A DNA stretch of 64,000 bases from Minisyncoccota bacterium (lineage in GTDB: Bacteria > Patescibacteriota > Minisyncoccia > Phycocordibacterales > CSBR16-193): NCBI GenBank assembly GCA_040905715.1, contig JBBDRA010000003.1:263142-327141 (forward strand), in the 5' to 3' direction. The position numbers and the translations under genes were made by a program. The notes under the pieces are model-generated. The model was not told where the DNA came from. It did no database searches and saw nothing but the letters and a program-made list of their open reading frames with translations. Positions 17,793-27,291 of this stretch are shown piece after piece; within the stretch, counting starts at the first letter, position 1, and every line of letters starts with the position of its first letter.

Positions 17793-18272
17793 ATGAAAAC
17801 ATCTGCCTCAATCATCGCGGTTGGTATTGGATTAGTAGTTGTGGCTTCCGTAGGCTATGCATTGCTTAGTACGCCTGTTGAAAGCTCCACGCTGCCCCGG
17901 GTCACGGTCCATAAAACTCCTCAGTGTGGTTGTTGCGAAGTATATATCTCGTATCTGAGACAGTACGGCATAGAGGTGGTGGTTAAGGATCACGAAGACC
18001 TCACTCCTCTTAAAAATTCTTTATCTATTCCATCTGAGATGTGGAGTTGCCACACCACCATGATCGGTGAATTTATTGCTGAAGGTCATCTGCCGATCGA
18101 AGCGCTTGAGAAAGGATATGAAGAGCGAAGTGAAATAGCCGGTATTGCCTTGCCGGGTATGCCAAGCGGGTCACCAGGTATGCCGGGACCGAAAGAAGAC
18201 TTCAAGATCAATTCTTTGAGTGAATCGAACGATGAAGGAGTCCGCAACTATCAGCTGTGGTTAACATTGTAA
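17793..18272 (+). CDS. DUF411 (CopG-like) metal-binding protein
   Basis: CGCCEVY, CHTTMIGEFIAEGHLP and GIALPGMPSGSPGMPG motifs match the DUF411 family found in copper-resistance loci. Confidence 0.7.
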   Translation: MKTSASIIAVGIGLVVVASVGYALLSTPVESSTLPRVTVHKTPQCGCCEVYISYLRQYGIEVVVKDHEDLTPLKNSLSIPSEMWSCHTTMIGEFIAEGHLPIEALEKGYEERSEIAGIALPGMPSGSPGMPGPKEDFKINSLSESNDEGVRNYQLWLTL

Positions 18273-18284
18273 CTGTACAAAGGT

Positions 18285-18812
18285 ATGAAGATAAAAAGAA
18301 AATATGTAGCAGGATCTGGCACTGTTGCGATTGCGTTGCTCGCTCCTCGGTTTGCGTTGGCTCACTGTCCGCTATGTACGGCAGGTGCCGGAGTGTTAGC
18401 GGTCGGTGCGTCGTATGTCGGGTTATCTACTGCCGTAGTAGGTGTGTTGATAGGCGCGTTCGCACTCGCGCTTGGGTACTGGTTGGCCGGGATGATCAAG
18501 AATCAGTACGTGTCGTATCAGTACGGGGTAATTGTCACGCTGACATTTCTTTTAACGGTCATCCCTATAATGCCGCTTATTCGGGAGTATCGCCCGGTGT
18601 ACCTCCCGTTCATTGGTGAGTACGGTACAACTTATACTCTGAATATATTTTTGGTTGGATCGATCCTAGGGGCGCTGATCGTGGCGAGCGCGCCGTACGT
18701 AAGTAAGGGTGTTACACAGATGCGAGAAGGAGCGAGGGCACCGTATCAAGGTGTTACGGTCACGATCGCTCTGCTTGTGCTCGTCTCGGTAGTAATCCAG
18801 TTCATTGTGTAG
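18285..18812 (+). CDS. hypothetical polytopic membrane protein with HCPLC motif
   Basis: Five or six predicted TM helices. N-terminal AHCPLCTAG cysteine pair. In the cop cluster. Confidence 0.45.
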   Translation: MKIKRKYVAGSGTVAIALLAPRFALAHCPLCTAGAGVLAVGASYVGLSTAVVGVLIGAFALALGYWLAGMIKNQYVSYQYGVIVTLTFLLTVIPIMPLIREYRPVYLPFIGEYGTTYTLNIFLVGSILGALIVASAPYVSKGVTQMREGARAPYQGVTVTIALLVLVSVVIQFIV

Positions 18813-18820
18813 CAGGCACT

Positions 18821-19264
18821 ATGTTTGAACTATTTATAAGTATTATCGCTTTGTTTCTCGGTGGCTTGGCGGCTAAGAGTCTTTTTCCGGGACTGTGTGC
18901 CTTGTGCTTTGCAACCGCCGGAACATGGCTTCTTGGTTTGAGCGTGTTCGTGTTTAGTCTCGAGGCATCGTTGGGGATACAAGAGATCGATCCGGTCATG
19001 TTGGCGGTGCTTATGGGCGGCAGCGCGGTGGGCTTGCTTTATTACCTTTCTGCACGACTGCCGGAGCAATACGGATTTTTCAAGCTCCCGTTCCTGCTGA
19101 CACTTTTCTGGTTGGTCTATCTCATGCTTGCACATGAGCATATGTTCGGCGCTGCTATCCTGGTTGCGGGTGTGTGGGCTGTGTTCATCGGTATGTTTTC
19201 ACTAAAGGATACCCATACTAGGCAATGGGTTACGAAGATCATTGCCTGTTGTCGGGATTGGTAG
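18821..19264 (+). CDS. hypothetical membrane protein
   Basis: 147 aa, 4-5 hydrophobic helices, directly downstream in the same strand run. Confidence 0.4.
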   Translation: MFELFISIIALFLGGLAAKSLFPGLCALCFATAGTWLLGLSVFVFSLEASLGIQEIDPVMLAVLMGGSAVGLLYYLSARLPEQYGFFKLPFLLTLFWLVYLMLAHEHMFGAAILVAGVWAVFIGMFSLKDTHTRQWVTKIIACCRDW

Positions 19265-19329
19265 CGCAATACACAGGTACATTTTAATAAGGTGGTGATA
19301 GAATTAAACTAAAGTAACAATAACGATTT

Positions 19330-19878
19330 ATGGCCTACGCAATATATAAAAATAATCCGTTCGCTGAGTTTTTATTTGCTAATACAAAGATGGCCGGCTT
19401 CTGGCTCGTGGTTCGCCTATATCTGGGCTGGCAGTGGACTGCTGCCGGGTGGGGGAAGGTGACCAGTGAGAGCTGGACCGGAGCGGAAGCCGGAAGCTCG
19501 GTCGCCGGTTTTGTAAGCGGCGCACTTGAAAAAACATCGGGGTCTCATCCCGACGTAGCCGGCTGGTATGCCTGGTTTCTTGAGAACGTTGTACTACCCA
19601 ATGCCGAGGTGTGGGGATACATGATCGCCTACGGTGAACTTCTGGTGGGCATTGCCCTGATCATCGGTCTTCTGACCGGTATTGCTGCATTCTTTGGACT
19701 GTTCATGAACCTCAATTTCATGCTTGCCGGTACGGTTAGCAGTAATCCGGTATTATTCACACTGGCGATCGGCCTGGTTTTGGCTTGGAAGGTGGCCGGG
19801 CATTGGGGTGTTGATCGATGGCTTTTACCTAAATTAGGCACGCCGTGGCAGCCGGGAGATGTATTTAAACGTTCATAA
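19330..19878 (+). CDS. DoxX-family membrane protein
   Basis: VRLYLGWQWTAAGWGKV and the downstream TM pattern resemble DoxX/DoxD small membrane proteins. Confidence 0.5.
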   Translation: MAYAIYKNNPFAEFLFANTKMAGFWLVVRLYLGWQWTAAGWGKVTSESWTGAEAGSSVAGFVSGALEKTSGSHPDVAGWYAWFLENVVLPNAEVWGYMIAYGELLVGIALIIGLLTGIAAFFGLFMNLNFMLAGTVSSNPVLFTLAIGLVLAWKVAGHWGVDRWLLPKLGTPWQPGDVFKRS

Positions 19879-20193
19879 TTTCACTACACAGTGTATTCTC
19901 CGAAGTTGCAATTTTCTGTCTTGAGGTGACATAAGGATAGTCAGCCTAATTTGACATATTGAAAAAACATTAGGTGCTTTAGTAGGTAATCGGCACGCCA
20001 CCCAATTCTTGTTTTTGGAGTGATCTCAAAAAGGGCCTTCATATATCGCTGTACTGATCATGTCTTGTGTGGTCATATTCCTGTCATTACTGGACCACAT
20101 ATACAACTTTGAATTAGTACGATCAAAATAATTGACATATATGTCCAGCTGATAGAATTGCTTATCGCCCATTACGTATTAAAACTCTAAAAC

Positions 20194-22341
20194 GTGGGCA
20201 TAAAAATGGATCTATATAAGATATCTCAGAAGATTGCATGGGTTAGGACGGTAGCTATTATCAGTCTTCTAGCAATTTCTGGAACTCTTGTGCTTCCAGC
20301 TCACTCGATGCTAGCAGTAGACAACGCTTCAGAAAGTATTCACGTACAGTGGCCTACACAGGGCCGTTCTGATACGCTCGAGCATACATTTCTGGCGGAA
20401 GTTGAAGACATGAATACGGACAGCTACGAGCTGTACTGGTCTGTCGATGGCGGTGATCGTGTCGCTATGAGCGATCGGGATGGATTTGAACAGACTTGGA
20501 TCAATTTCAGTAGCTGGTACTGGAATGAGGACGGACCGTATGAACTACGTTTTATTGCCGTGGATGACGATGGCGATGAAATAGCTCGTACCGGACTGTC
20601 TCTCTATCGTGTTGAAGTTAATGGAAACAAAAGCAACATGGTGACCGATAGTGAGGTTAGTAGTACTAAACGAGAACCGATCGAGGTTGCTGATAGTGAT
20701 GAGGTTGTAGACAGGGAAGAGGAGGAAAGTGTAGACGATGAGAATAAGACAGAGAAAAGGGCCGAGTCAACGGACGATGAGGAAGTGAGTGAGGAAAGTG
20801 AGTTATCTGAAAATACAGATGTGAATGCTGGTGAGGATTCAGGTAGCGAATCTTCTGATGAGGAGTCAGAAGAGCTAACCAGTGAAGAGGCGAGTGCTAA
20901 CAGCGAAGAGAATAATGATGAAGAGAATGAATCACTCAGTGATCTAGAAGAGGAAAGCAATGACAACGAGTCCTCAAGTGACGACTCTGCTGACAAAAAA
21001 TCAGAAGAGTTAGATGAAGAGAGTGAAAATGATTCTGACATTTCTGAGTGGTTTACTATTACCGGTAACGTAGAAGATAGTGGTGTAGGTGATACTACCG
21101 AGGTTTCGTTTACTGTTGTGAACACCGGAGGCCCTGCAGAGGATACTATAGTTGACCTTGAGATCTTTAACGAAGAAGGCTCTCAGGTATACCAAGACTA
21201 TAAGATCGATCAGTCATTTGAAAATGATCAGGATCGAGACTATCAGTTCACATGGAAGCCTGATACCGCCGGCACATACAGTGCCTCAGTCGGTATCTTC
21301 AAGCCGTCATGGTCATCTATCTATAGCTGGCATGATGACATTGCCTCGTTCGAGATAGTTGATAACGGGTCATCGTCATCTGAAGAAAATGATGACGGTT
21401 CTGAATCAGTGGAGTCTAATGACTCAGATCCACAGGATCAGGACGACTTGTTGAACGGCGATAGTAGCGAAATCTCGATGAGCGAAAGTGACTTCTATAA
21501 TGAAGAAGGTCCTGCGGACCGACAGTACGATGAGTGGAAGGACGATCGACCGGAAGATGCTGAGTTGATCAAAAAAATCGTTGATCAGCCGATAGCCAAG
21601 TGGTTCGGTGGCTGGAACAACGATATTAAAAGCGACGTAGACGCGTATGTCTCAAAGGCACACAAGCAAGGAAAGACGCCGGTAATGGTGGCATACAATA
21701 TTCCTGATCGCGACTGTGGCTCGCACTCAGCCGGTGGATTAAGTAGCCTTTCTGAGTATGAGCAATGGATAAATGATTTTGCTGACGGTATTGATGGCCG
21801 TGATTCGATCGTTATCCTTGAGCCCGATGCTGCTGCGTTGACCAACTGTCTGGATGATAACGAACGTGAAGCACGCCTGATCGTTCTTGGTGAGGCGGCA
21901 GCAGTTCTTCGTGACCACGGAGCTAAGGCGTACATCGATGCAAGTCATGCAAACTGGCTTAGCGCTAATGATATGGCCGATCGACTGAAGAGTGCCGGTA
22001 TTGAAAAAGCAAGTGGGTTTGCATTGAATACCTCGAACTTTGTCTCTACCGAAAAGAATCTTCAGTACGGACGAGATATCTCAAAGCAGACAAACGGTGC
22101 GCATTTTGTCATTGACACGTCCCGAAACGGAAATGGTGCAGCGAGTGACAATGAGTGGTGTAATCCGGAAGGTCGCGCATTAGGTCAGAAACCGACCTTT
22201 GTCGACAACGACCCGCTCCTGGACGCATTTATTTGGACGAAGGTTCCGGGTGAGTCGGATGGTAAATGCAACGGAGGACCTGCTGCAGGTGTGTGGTGGC
22301 CAGAGTACGCACTCGGTCTTGCGGAGCGAGCTGATTGGTAA
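20194..22341 (+). CDS. secreted glycoside hydrolase family 6 (cellulase) with Ig-like N-domain and long acidic Ser/Glu/Asp-rich linker
   Basis: Signal peptide. C-terminal catalytic domain carries GH6 hallmarks: VAYNIPDRDCGS (PDRDC), VILEPDAAAL (EPDSL), YIDASHANWL (DAGHAGW), FIWTKVPGESDG. The middle ~250 aa are low-complexity acidic. Confidence 0.85.
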   Translation: MGIKMDLYKISQKIAWVRTVAIISLLAISGTLVLPAHSMLAVDNASESIHVQWPTQGRSDTLEHTFLAEVEDMNTDSYELYWSVDGGDRVAMSDRDGFEQTWINFSSWYWNEDGPYELRFIAVDDDGDEIARTGLSLYRVEVNGNKSNMVTDSEVSSTKREPIEVADSDEVVDREEEESVDDENKTEKRAESTDDEEVSEESELSENTDVNAGEDSGSESSDEESEELTSEEASANSEENNDEENESLSDLEEESNDNESSSDDSADKKSEELDEESENDSDISEWFTITGNVEDSGVGDTTEVSFTVVNTGGPAEDTIVDLEIFNEEGSQVYQDYKIDQSFENDQDRDYQFTWKPDTAGTYSASVGIFKPSWSSIYSWHDDIASFEIVDNGSSSSEENDDGSESVESNDSDPQDQDDLLNGDSSEISMSESDFYNEEGPADRQYDEWKDDRPEDAELIKKIVDQPIAKWFGGWNNDIKSDVDAYVSKAHKQGKTPVMVAYNIPDRDCGSHSAGGLSSLSEYEQWINDFADGIDGRDSIVILEPDAAALTNCLDDNEREARLIVLGEAAAVLRDHGAKAYIDASHANWLSANDMADRLKSAGIEKASGFALNTSNFVSTEKNLQYGRDISKQTNGAHFVIDTSRNGNGAASDNEWCNPEGRALGQKPTFVDNDPLLDAFIWTKVPGESDGKCNGGPAAGVWWPEYALGLAERADW

Positions 22342-22411
22342 GAACTTCCTTGGGCAGATACTGCCAGTAAGTGGAGCTTGCTCCAACTGGGTTAGAAGGA
22401 AGTATTGACGC

Positions 22412-22445
22412 AAAAAACACTTCACCGATCTGGTGAAGTGTTTTC
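22412..22445. terminator. bidirectional terminator between GH6 gene and the glycan operon
   Basis: AAAAAA-acacttcacc-gatct-ggtgaagtgt-TTTT, a 10-bp perfect stem. Confidence 0.75.
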
Positions 22446-22492
22446 GTGTACAGTTTTTGTCTACTCAGTAGCTTACTTTTAAGCAGGAGGAT

Positions 22493-24016
22493 CTAGTTTA
22501 CTACCTGTGCTTCAACTTGTGGCGAATCATCATACCAATCCGGTACCTCGTATACATATAGCTCAAGGCCGGGCGAATACTCTTTACGATATATCTCTGT
22601 AAAATTATTATCAAAGTATCTCTTTACTTCTTCTTGGTATCCCTGATCGTAACTGAGTAGAAGCCAAATGCGCTCATGCCACGGTGCTGATTGGCGCATA
22701 ACAAGATTCATATCTTCTTCTGAAAATGGCGGAAGCTCTTGTCCGCGGTACCTCTCCCACGGGGGAATCATGTAAACGCCGGCATGCCCTTTGTAGTAGT
22801 AGTCAAATGGATATACTGAGAATGAAGCAGACAGAACCACCATATCACGAGCTGTTACTTCTTTATTGATGTCTGCAACTGCTTCACGATAATTTTCTCG
22901 AACCGGGGTTTCAGGATGGTATGCCTGAATAGTGAGGGTTGAAATCATTAGAAAAACAAGGGCAATCTGGACAGTAGTTGAGAGAGGGCGGGCATAATTA
23001 ATAACAATCCAGGCAACGAACAGGAAGATCGGCATGACTGCGAGCACCATGTAACGGGAAAGAAAGATCGGAGTGATCAGGATGCTTACCAAAAACACAA
23101 TCGCAACCGGTAAGATAAAACCAACTAAGAGATAAGAGGTTACCGGTGATGTTGAGCGTTGATTGCGTAGTGCGAAGAATCCGGCCAGAGCAATAAGCGG
23201 CCAAAGTGAGACAATCATTGAGTTTATTGGGTCCGGTTGAAATCCAAAGAAAAAATGGGAAAAAACATTGAAGAGGTTCACCGGTGTCGGCGTAACGAGG
23301 AATGGTTGTGATCCAACACCACCATCTACACCCATAAATACATAAAGGAGCCAGGGAGAAAACGCAAGAACAACGACCAGTGCCGACGCCAGAAAAGACA
23401 AAAATGCTCCTGAATGAAATTGCTTCTGATTGAAGAAGAAATATACTGCTTGAACCAACAGAACAAACGAAAAGAAGTAGTGGGTGTATATGCCGATAAT
23501 AGCGATCAGTGTATAGCATGCCCAAACCCAGACCGGCTGCTTGCGCCACAGTCTCAGATAAAAATAATGACTCAGAGTGGTAAGGAGAGCAAAAAGTGTG
23601 TACATGCGGACCTCGTTACCAAACCAGTTCATGAAAGGGGAGATGGTGAAAAGAGTGGTTGCAAACAAACCAGTTGCCCGATTGTACGCGATCTCTCCCA
23701 GCTTATAGAGTGCCGGTATGGTTAGCAGGAAGAAGAGGAGGGACAAGATTCGTCCGTTAACTACCGTTGGCTCCAGTACGGATTGCCAGACATGTAGAGT
23801 TAGGTGATAGGCGGGAACATGTACATTGTCAGACAGTATTTTGATGATCTCTCGAGGACTTTGGCTCGTTTGCCATAAGCTTTGCGCTTCATCGAGACGT
23901 ATTCCTTCGTATAGAAAGAATATATGTGATACTGCTGCTGCAAACACCACAAGCGTGATAAGCGTAAGGAGTGTTGTTTTTTCTGAAATATGTGATGATC
24001 GGTCGGTCGGTAGCAT
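22493..24016 (-). CDS. GT-C fold membrane glycosyltransferase, ArnT/PMT-like (GT39/GT83, PMT_2 domain)
   Basis: 507 aa polytopic protein. First periplasmic loop has LDEAQSLW (DE motif), followed by a PMT_2-like TM pattern. Last gene of the 5-gene minus-strand operon. Confidence 0.7.
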   Translation of the reverse strand: MLPTDRSSHISEKTTLLTLITLVVFAAAVSHIFFLYEGIRLDEAQSLWQTSQSPREIIKILSDNVHVPAYHLTLHVWQSVLEPTVVNGRILSLLFFLLTIPALYKLGEIAYNRATGLFATTLFTISPFMNWFGNEVRMYTLFALLTTLSHYFYLRLWRKQPVWVWACYTLIAIIGIYTHYFFSFVLLVQAVYFFFNQKQFHSGAFLSFLASALVVVLAFSPWLLYVFMGVDGGVGSQPFLVTPTPVNLFNVFSHFFFGFQPDPINSMIVSLWPLIALAGFFALRNQRSTSPVTSYLLVGFILPVAIVFLVSILITPIFLSRYMVLAVMPIFLFVAWIVINYARPLSTTVQIALVFLMISTLTIQAYHPETPVRENYREAVADINKEVTARDMVVLSASFSVYPFDYYYKGHAGVYMIPPWERYRGQELPPFSEEDMNLVMRQSAPWHERIWLLLSYDQGYQEEVKRYFDNNFTEIYRKEYSPGLELYVYEVPDWYDDSPQVEAQVVN

Positions 24017-24028
24017 ATGATGAGATGA

Positions 24029-25678
24029 TTATGAGTTTGAGTGTGGTCCGCGGCCCCCCTGATCTGTTGATGCAAAAGAAGCAGATGGATTTGGAGCACC
24101 ATGTACTATTTGAATGCGCCGTCGTGGTCTATTGCTCCAGCGACGAAAAGGTTGCTTGAACCAGTTAATCGCGCTTCTCCTCTGGGCCGGTGCGGCAGCG
24201 TATATGAAGGGAATAAATACACTCACATAAATAGTTGTCCAAGCAATGTTGTTCATGATGGATGGCGAAAGACCTTCGCGACTTATTCCGACAACTATTG
24301 CAATAGCCGCCAATGTTATGTACAAGATCTGAGGAAGCGCTAGGTATAAGAAGTTTCCATTGAGTGCTTTTTTTGAGGTGACAGCGAATACACTTTTGTG
24401 TCGTAAGAGGGCTGAGGCTAAAGCTGAGAGATGTATGTTGAACATACTTATTGAGAAAGCAAGCGATCCAAAGGTAAATGAATAGTTGCTCGCGCGTTGG
24501 ATCGTGTAAAGCGTGGTTATGATGTAAGGTAGAAATATTAGTGCGAGGGTCATTGTGGCAACATCGAATGGAACTATTCCAAAAAAGAGGTAGATCAAAG
24601 GTATAAGCGCAAAGGCGATCACGATGATCCCGGATAAGAAGTAAGAGACCGAGGAGAGATACAGTATTCGCTGACGAAAGGTAAGACCGCGACAGAAAAC
24701 AAGATTGTATCGGAAAATAATATCAAGCGCTCCTCGCGCCCAGCGGTGTTGCTGTTTGTAATAGGAGAAAAAATCCTCCGGCGCAAGCCCTTCTGCTAGC
24801 ACTTTCGGCACGTAGATCGATTTCCAACCCTGTTGATGGAGGAACATACCGGTTGCAAGGTCTTCCGCGATACTTTCTTCGCACATTCCTCCGATCTTTT
24901 CGAGTGCGCTACGGCGGATCACCATGTTTGTGCCGCATAGCGTTGTTGCGTTGAGTCGGTCTTTTCCTCGCACGATCGGTCCGTAGAATAATTGTTGTTG
25001 CGCCCAGGCAACTCTGGTAATAAAGCTAAGTCCCGCGTTGTAATAGAATTGCGGTGTCTGAATATACGCTACATTTGGATCGGCACAGTACGGCATGGTT
25101 TGAGTTAAAAAATCGGTGTGTGGTTGGTAGTCGGCATCAAAAACAACAATGAAAGGGGCATGGGTGTGCCTAAGTCCGTTATTAATATTTCCAGCCTTGG
25201 CACCACCTGGCGTTTTTCTAGTAATGCAGGAAATGCCGCATTCGTAGGCAAGACGTTCGATGTCTTGCCAATTATCTTTACCTGCAACGTAGCCGTCATT
25301 TAAAATAGTGATCGAAAAATTCGGATAGACCATTGCCTTGGTCGCAAGAACAGTTCCGCGAACGGTTTCAATCGGTTCTCCGGCTACTGTGATAAATATG
25401 TCTACAGGCGGGGTAAAAGATGCATTTTTATAGTGATGCACTTTTTTCCCATACACTGTGTACAGGAAAGTTAGTGATTGCCATAAGAAATAAAGTTGCC
25501 CGATCACCAGGACCGTGAAAAGCCAACCACTTGAATATGGCAGCCAAAACGCAATAATGACAAAGTAACTGATCGCCAAGAGTGTATTAATGAGTACAAG
25601 CCAGTAGGGTACGTGTGAGTCACGCAGGAATTGCTTGTCGTCTGGTCGAAACGGTTGTGGGGTAGTGGCTGATGTCAT
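24029..25678 (-). CDS. processive family-2 glycosyltransferase, cellulose-synthase-like (BcsA/Csl/HAS superfamily)
   Basis: VDIFITVAGEP (D), KAGNIN, VVFDADYQP (DxD), AEDLATGM (TED-like), QQHRWARG (QxxRW). Two N-terminal and ~4 C-terminal TM helices. No convincing PilZ domain. Confidence 0.8.
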   Translation of the reverse strand: MTSATTPQPFRPDDKQFLRDSHVPYWLVLINTLLAISYFVIIAFWLPYSSGWLFTVLVIGQLYFLWQSLTFLYTVYGKKVHHYKNASFTPPVDIFITVAGEPIETVRGTVLATKAMVYPNFSITILNDGYVAGKDNWQDIERLAYECGISCITRKTPGGAKAGNINNGLRHTHAPFIVVFDADYQPHTDFLTQTMPYCADPNVAYIQTPQFYYNAGLSFITRVAWAQQQLFYGPIVRGKDRLNATTLCGTNMVIRRSALEKIGGMCEESIAEDLATGMFLHQQGWKSIYVPKVLAEGLAPEDFFSYYKQQHRWARGALDIIFRYNLVFCRGLTFRQRILYLSSVSYFLSGIIVIAFALIPLIYLFFGIVPFDVATMTLALIFLPYIITTLYTIQRASNYSFTFGSLAFSISMFNIHLSALASALLRHKSVFAVTSKKALNGNFLYLALPQILYITLAAIAIVVGISREGLSPSIMNNIAWTTIYVSVFIPFIYAAAPAQRRSAINWFKQPFRRWSNRPRRRIQIVHGAPNPSASFASTDQGGRGPHSNS

Positions 25679-26934
25679 GATGAAGAAGGGTACGATGTTA
25701 CGAGTGCTGTGTAATTTGGAAGTAGCTCATTGTAAAGACCGACACTAAACCACCGCCAATTTGTACCGTAGTAGCCAGGATCATCTTTCCAGGCATACCA
25801 TGTTGGGTTATAAAGATTTATCATCTTTTCTGTATATATTTCTTCGGCACTTTCTGGATCGGCGACCATAAAATAGCCCAGTGTTCCCGCGTACATTGAA
25901 GCGGATTCAAAGTTATCAATGATCGTGCCGTCATGACCATAGGAGGCCTGAAGCTTTTTTTCTGATCTCCATTGAGTTCCTAAAAAATCCATTTTTTCCA
26001 GAAGTTCTTTTGATCGCTCGTCCTGAAACCACTGCCAGTCAAGAGCAAGTCGCCACGGTGTTCGAAGAGCTTCAAAACCAAAGTTAGTAGTGAGATCAGG
26101 ATTATCAGATGCTATGATCTCGCCGGTGGTAGTATCTATCTCGATCCAATCAGGGGGAAGAACGGCGCTCGTCTCTGTATTGAGCGGTTGCTCCATTGAT
26201 CTCTCAATAATTTCGTAAGAATGTGAGGCCAGATCGTTCCAGCGGTGTTCCGGATCCTCATCTATCTGCGCAAATATTTTATAGGCGTAGGGAGCTAGGT
26301 ATGACGGGTTCACTATCACTGAGTTTTTCGGTAGCGTTTTTTCAACGTTGTTTGCTAAAAGATACGGGTCGCCATTGATCACGATCACTTCCTTGTTCCA
26401 GATATCAGTTATTACTTGGCGTGCCTCTATAAGGTACTGTTCGTCTTGCCATCTACCATAGGCGAGTGCGAGCGCAAGAGCAATATCCGTGTCGGCATCA
26501 CTAGCTGTATTGTGGCCACCATGCTCATCAAGAACACCGTAGGATCCGTCTTCTCGTTGTCCGAAAAGCCAGCTGAAGAGGTGGTCTTCGCCGTCTCGGC
26601 GTAAGTTATCTTTCGTCCAACGCCAGTTATTGTCAAAGGTTTCTTTATCATCCATCCAGACAGCTCTGAGCATGGTATAGCTTTGACCTTCTGATGTCGT
26701 AATATTTCCACGTTCGCGATCGAGGGTTCGATGAGTTCCTGCTTCTAAGTAGTCGTTCTTGTAGTTTTCCCAGAGACCGTTCATAACATCACGATTAGAG
26801 TAGATAATCGTGTTGTTGTATTGTAAAAAGTCCGTGAGGTTGAATATCGTATTTATGATCACAAAAATACCGATGAGAAACCCGAGCATCGTGATCGTAA
26901 CAGTGAGCTTTTTTTGTTTCGGGGTCATTCCCAT
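25675..26934 (-). CDS. glycoside hydrolase family 8 endoglucanase (BcsZ-like), N-terminal membrane anchor
   Basis: Catalytic TTSEGQSYTMLRAV. GH8 signature ASDADTDIALALALAYGRW. Stop overlaps the start of the downstream GT2 (ATGA). Start set at the ATG complement of 26932-26934. Confidence 0.85.
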   Translation of the reverse strand: MGMTPKQKKLTVTITMLGFLIGIFVIINTIFNLTDFLQYNNTIIYSNRDVMNGLWENYKNDYLEAGTHRTLDRERGNITTSEGQSYTMLRAVWMDDKETFDNNWRWTKDNLRRDGEDHLFSWLFGQREDGSYGVLDEHGGHNTASDADTDIALALALAYGRWQDEQYLIEARQVITDIWNKEVIVINGDPYLLANNVEKTLPKNSVIVNPSYLAPYAYKIFAQIDEDPEHRWNDLASHSYEIIERSMEQPLNTETSAVLPPDWIEIDTTTGEIIASDNPDLTTNFGFEALRTPWRLALDWQWFQDERSKELLEKMDFLGTQWRSEKKLQASYGHDGTIIDNFESASMYAGTLGYFMVADPESAEEIYTEKMINLYNPTWYAWKDDPGYYGTNWRWFSVGLYNELLPNYTALVTSYPSSS

Positions 26935-26944
26935 AGAAGTATGA

Positions 26945-27286
26945 TTAAACAGCTTGATCGTTGCCGGCGATGATACGCCTCTCTGATTCACGGGCGCGCT
27001 CAGCGGCTGCGTAGTAGATAACAAGGTTGCGAACGTAAATTAATAGAGCAAGGCCCTGTCCCGCGATAAACACAATATCAACGCGGTAGATAGCGTAAAC
27101 CAAGATCATAGCCGCTCCGGCGATCGACAGGTACCAAAATGAGAGCGGCACGACAGTTTCCCTGGCTCGTTCGCTGGCGATCCACTGAACAATGAACCGT
27201 AAAAAGAACACGAATTGAGCCCCAAATCCGAAGAGCACCCAGGGATTAGACAGTTCAGAGAGAATGTAGGTAATAATGTTTGACAT
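26945..27286 (-). CDS. LAB_N (lipid-A-biosynthesis N-terminal domain)-like small membrane protein, putative polyprenyl-P-sugar flippase partner of GtrB-like GT2
   Basis: FGAQFVFFLRFIVQWIASERARETVVPLSFWYLSIAGAAMILVYAIYRVDIVFIAGQGLALLIYVRNL matches the LAB_N consensus pattern. It sits 5 nt downstream of the GT2. Confidence 0.7.
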   Translation of the reverse strand: MSNIITYILSELSNPWVLFGFGAQFVFFLRFIVQWIASERARETVVPLSFWYLSIAGAAMILVYAIYRVDIVFIAGQGLALLIYVRNLVIYYAAAERARESERRIIAGNDQAV

Positions 27287-27291
27287 AAGAT

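Noticed and set aside
20640-21060. Repetitive DNA resembling a tandem-repeat or CRISPR-like array
   Set aside because: It is in-frame coding sequence for the Ser/Glu/Asp-rich linker of the GH6 protein. The repeats are imperfect, of variable length and lack spacer/repeat periodicity.
24029-24200. Looked for a C-terminal PilZ (c-di-GMP binding) domain on the cellulose-synthase-like GT2
   Set aside because: The tail (QPFRRWSNRPRRRIQIVHGAPNPSASF) has Arg clusters but no convincing RxxxR...(D/N)xSxxG arrangement, so not called.
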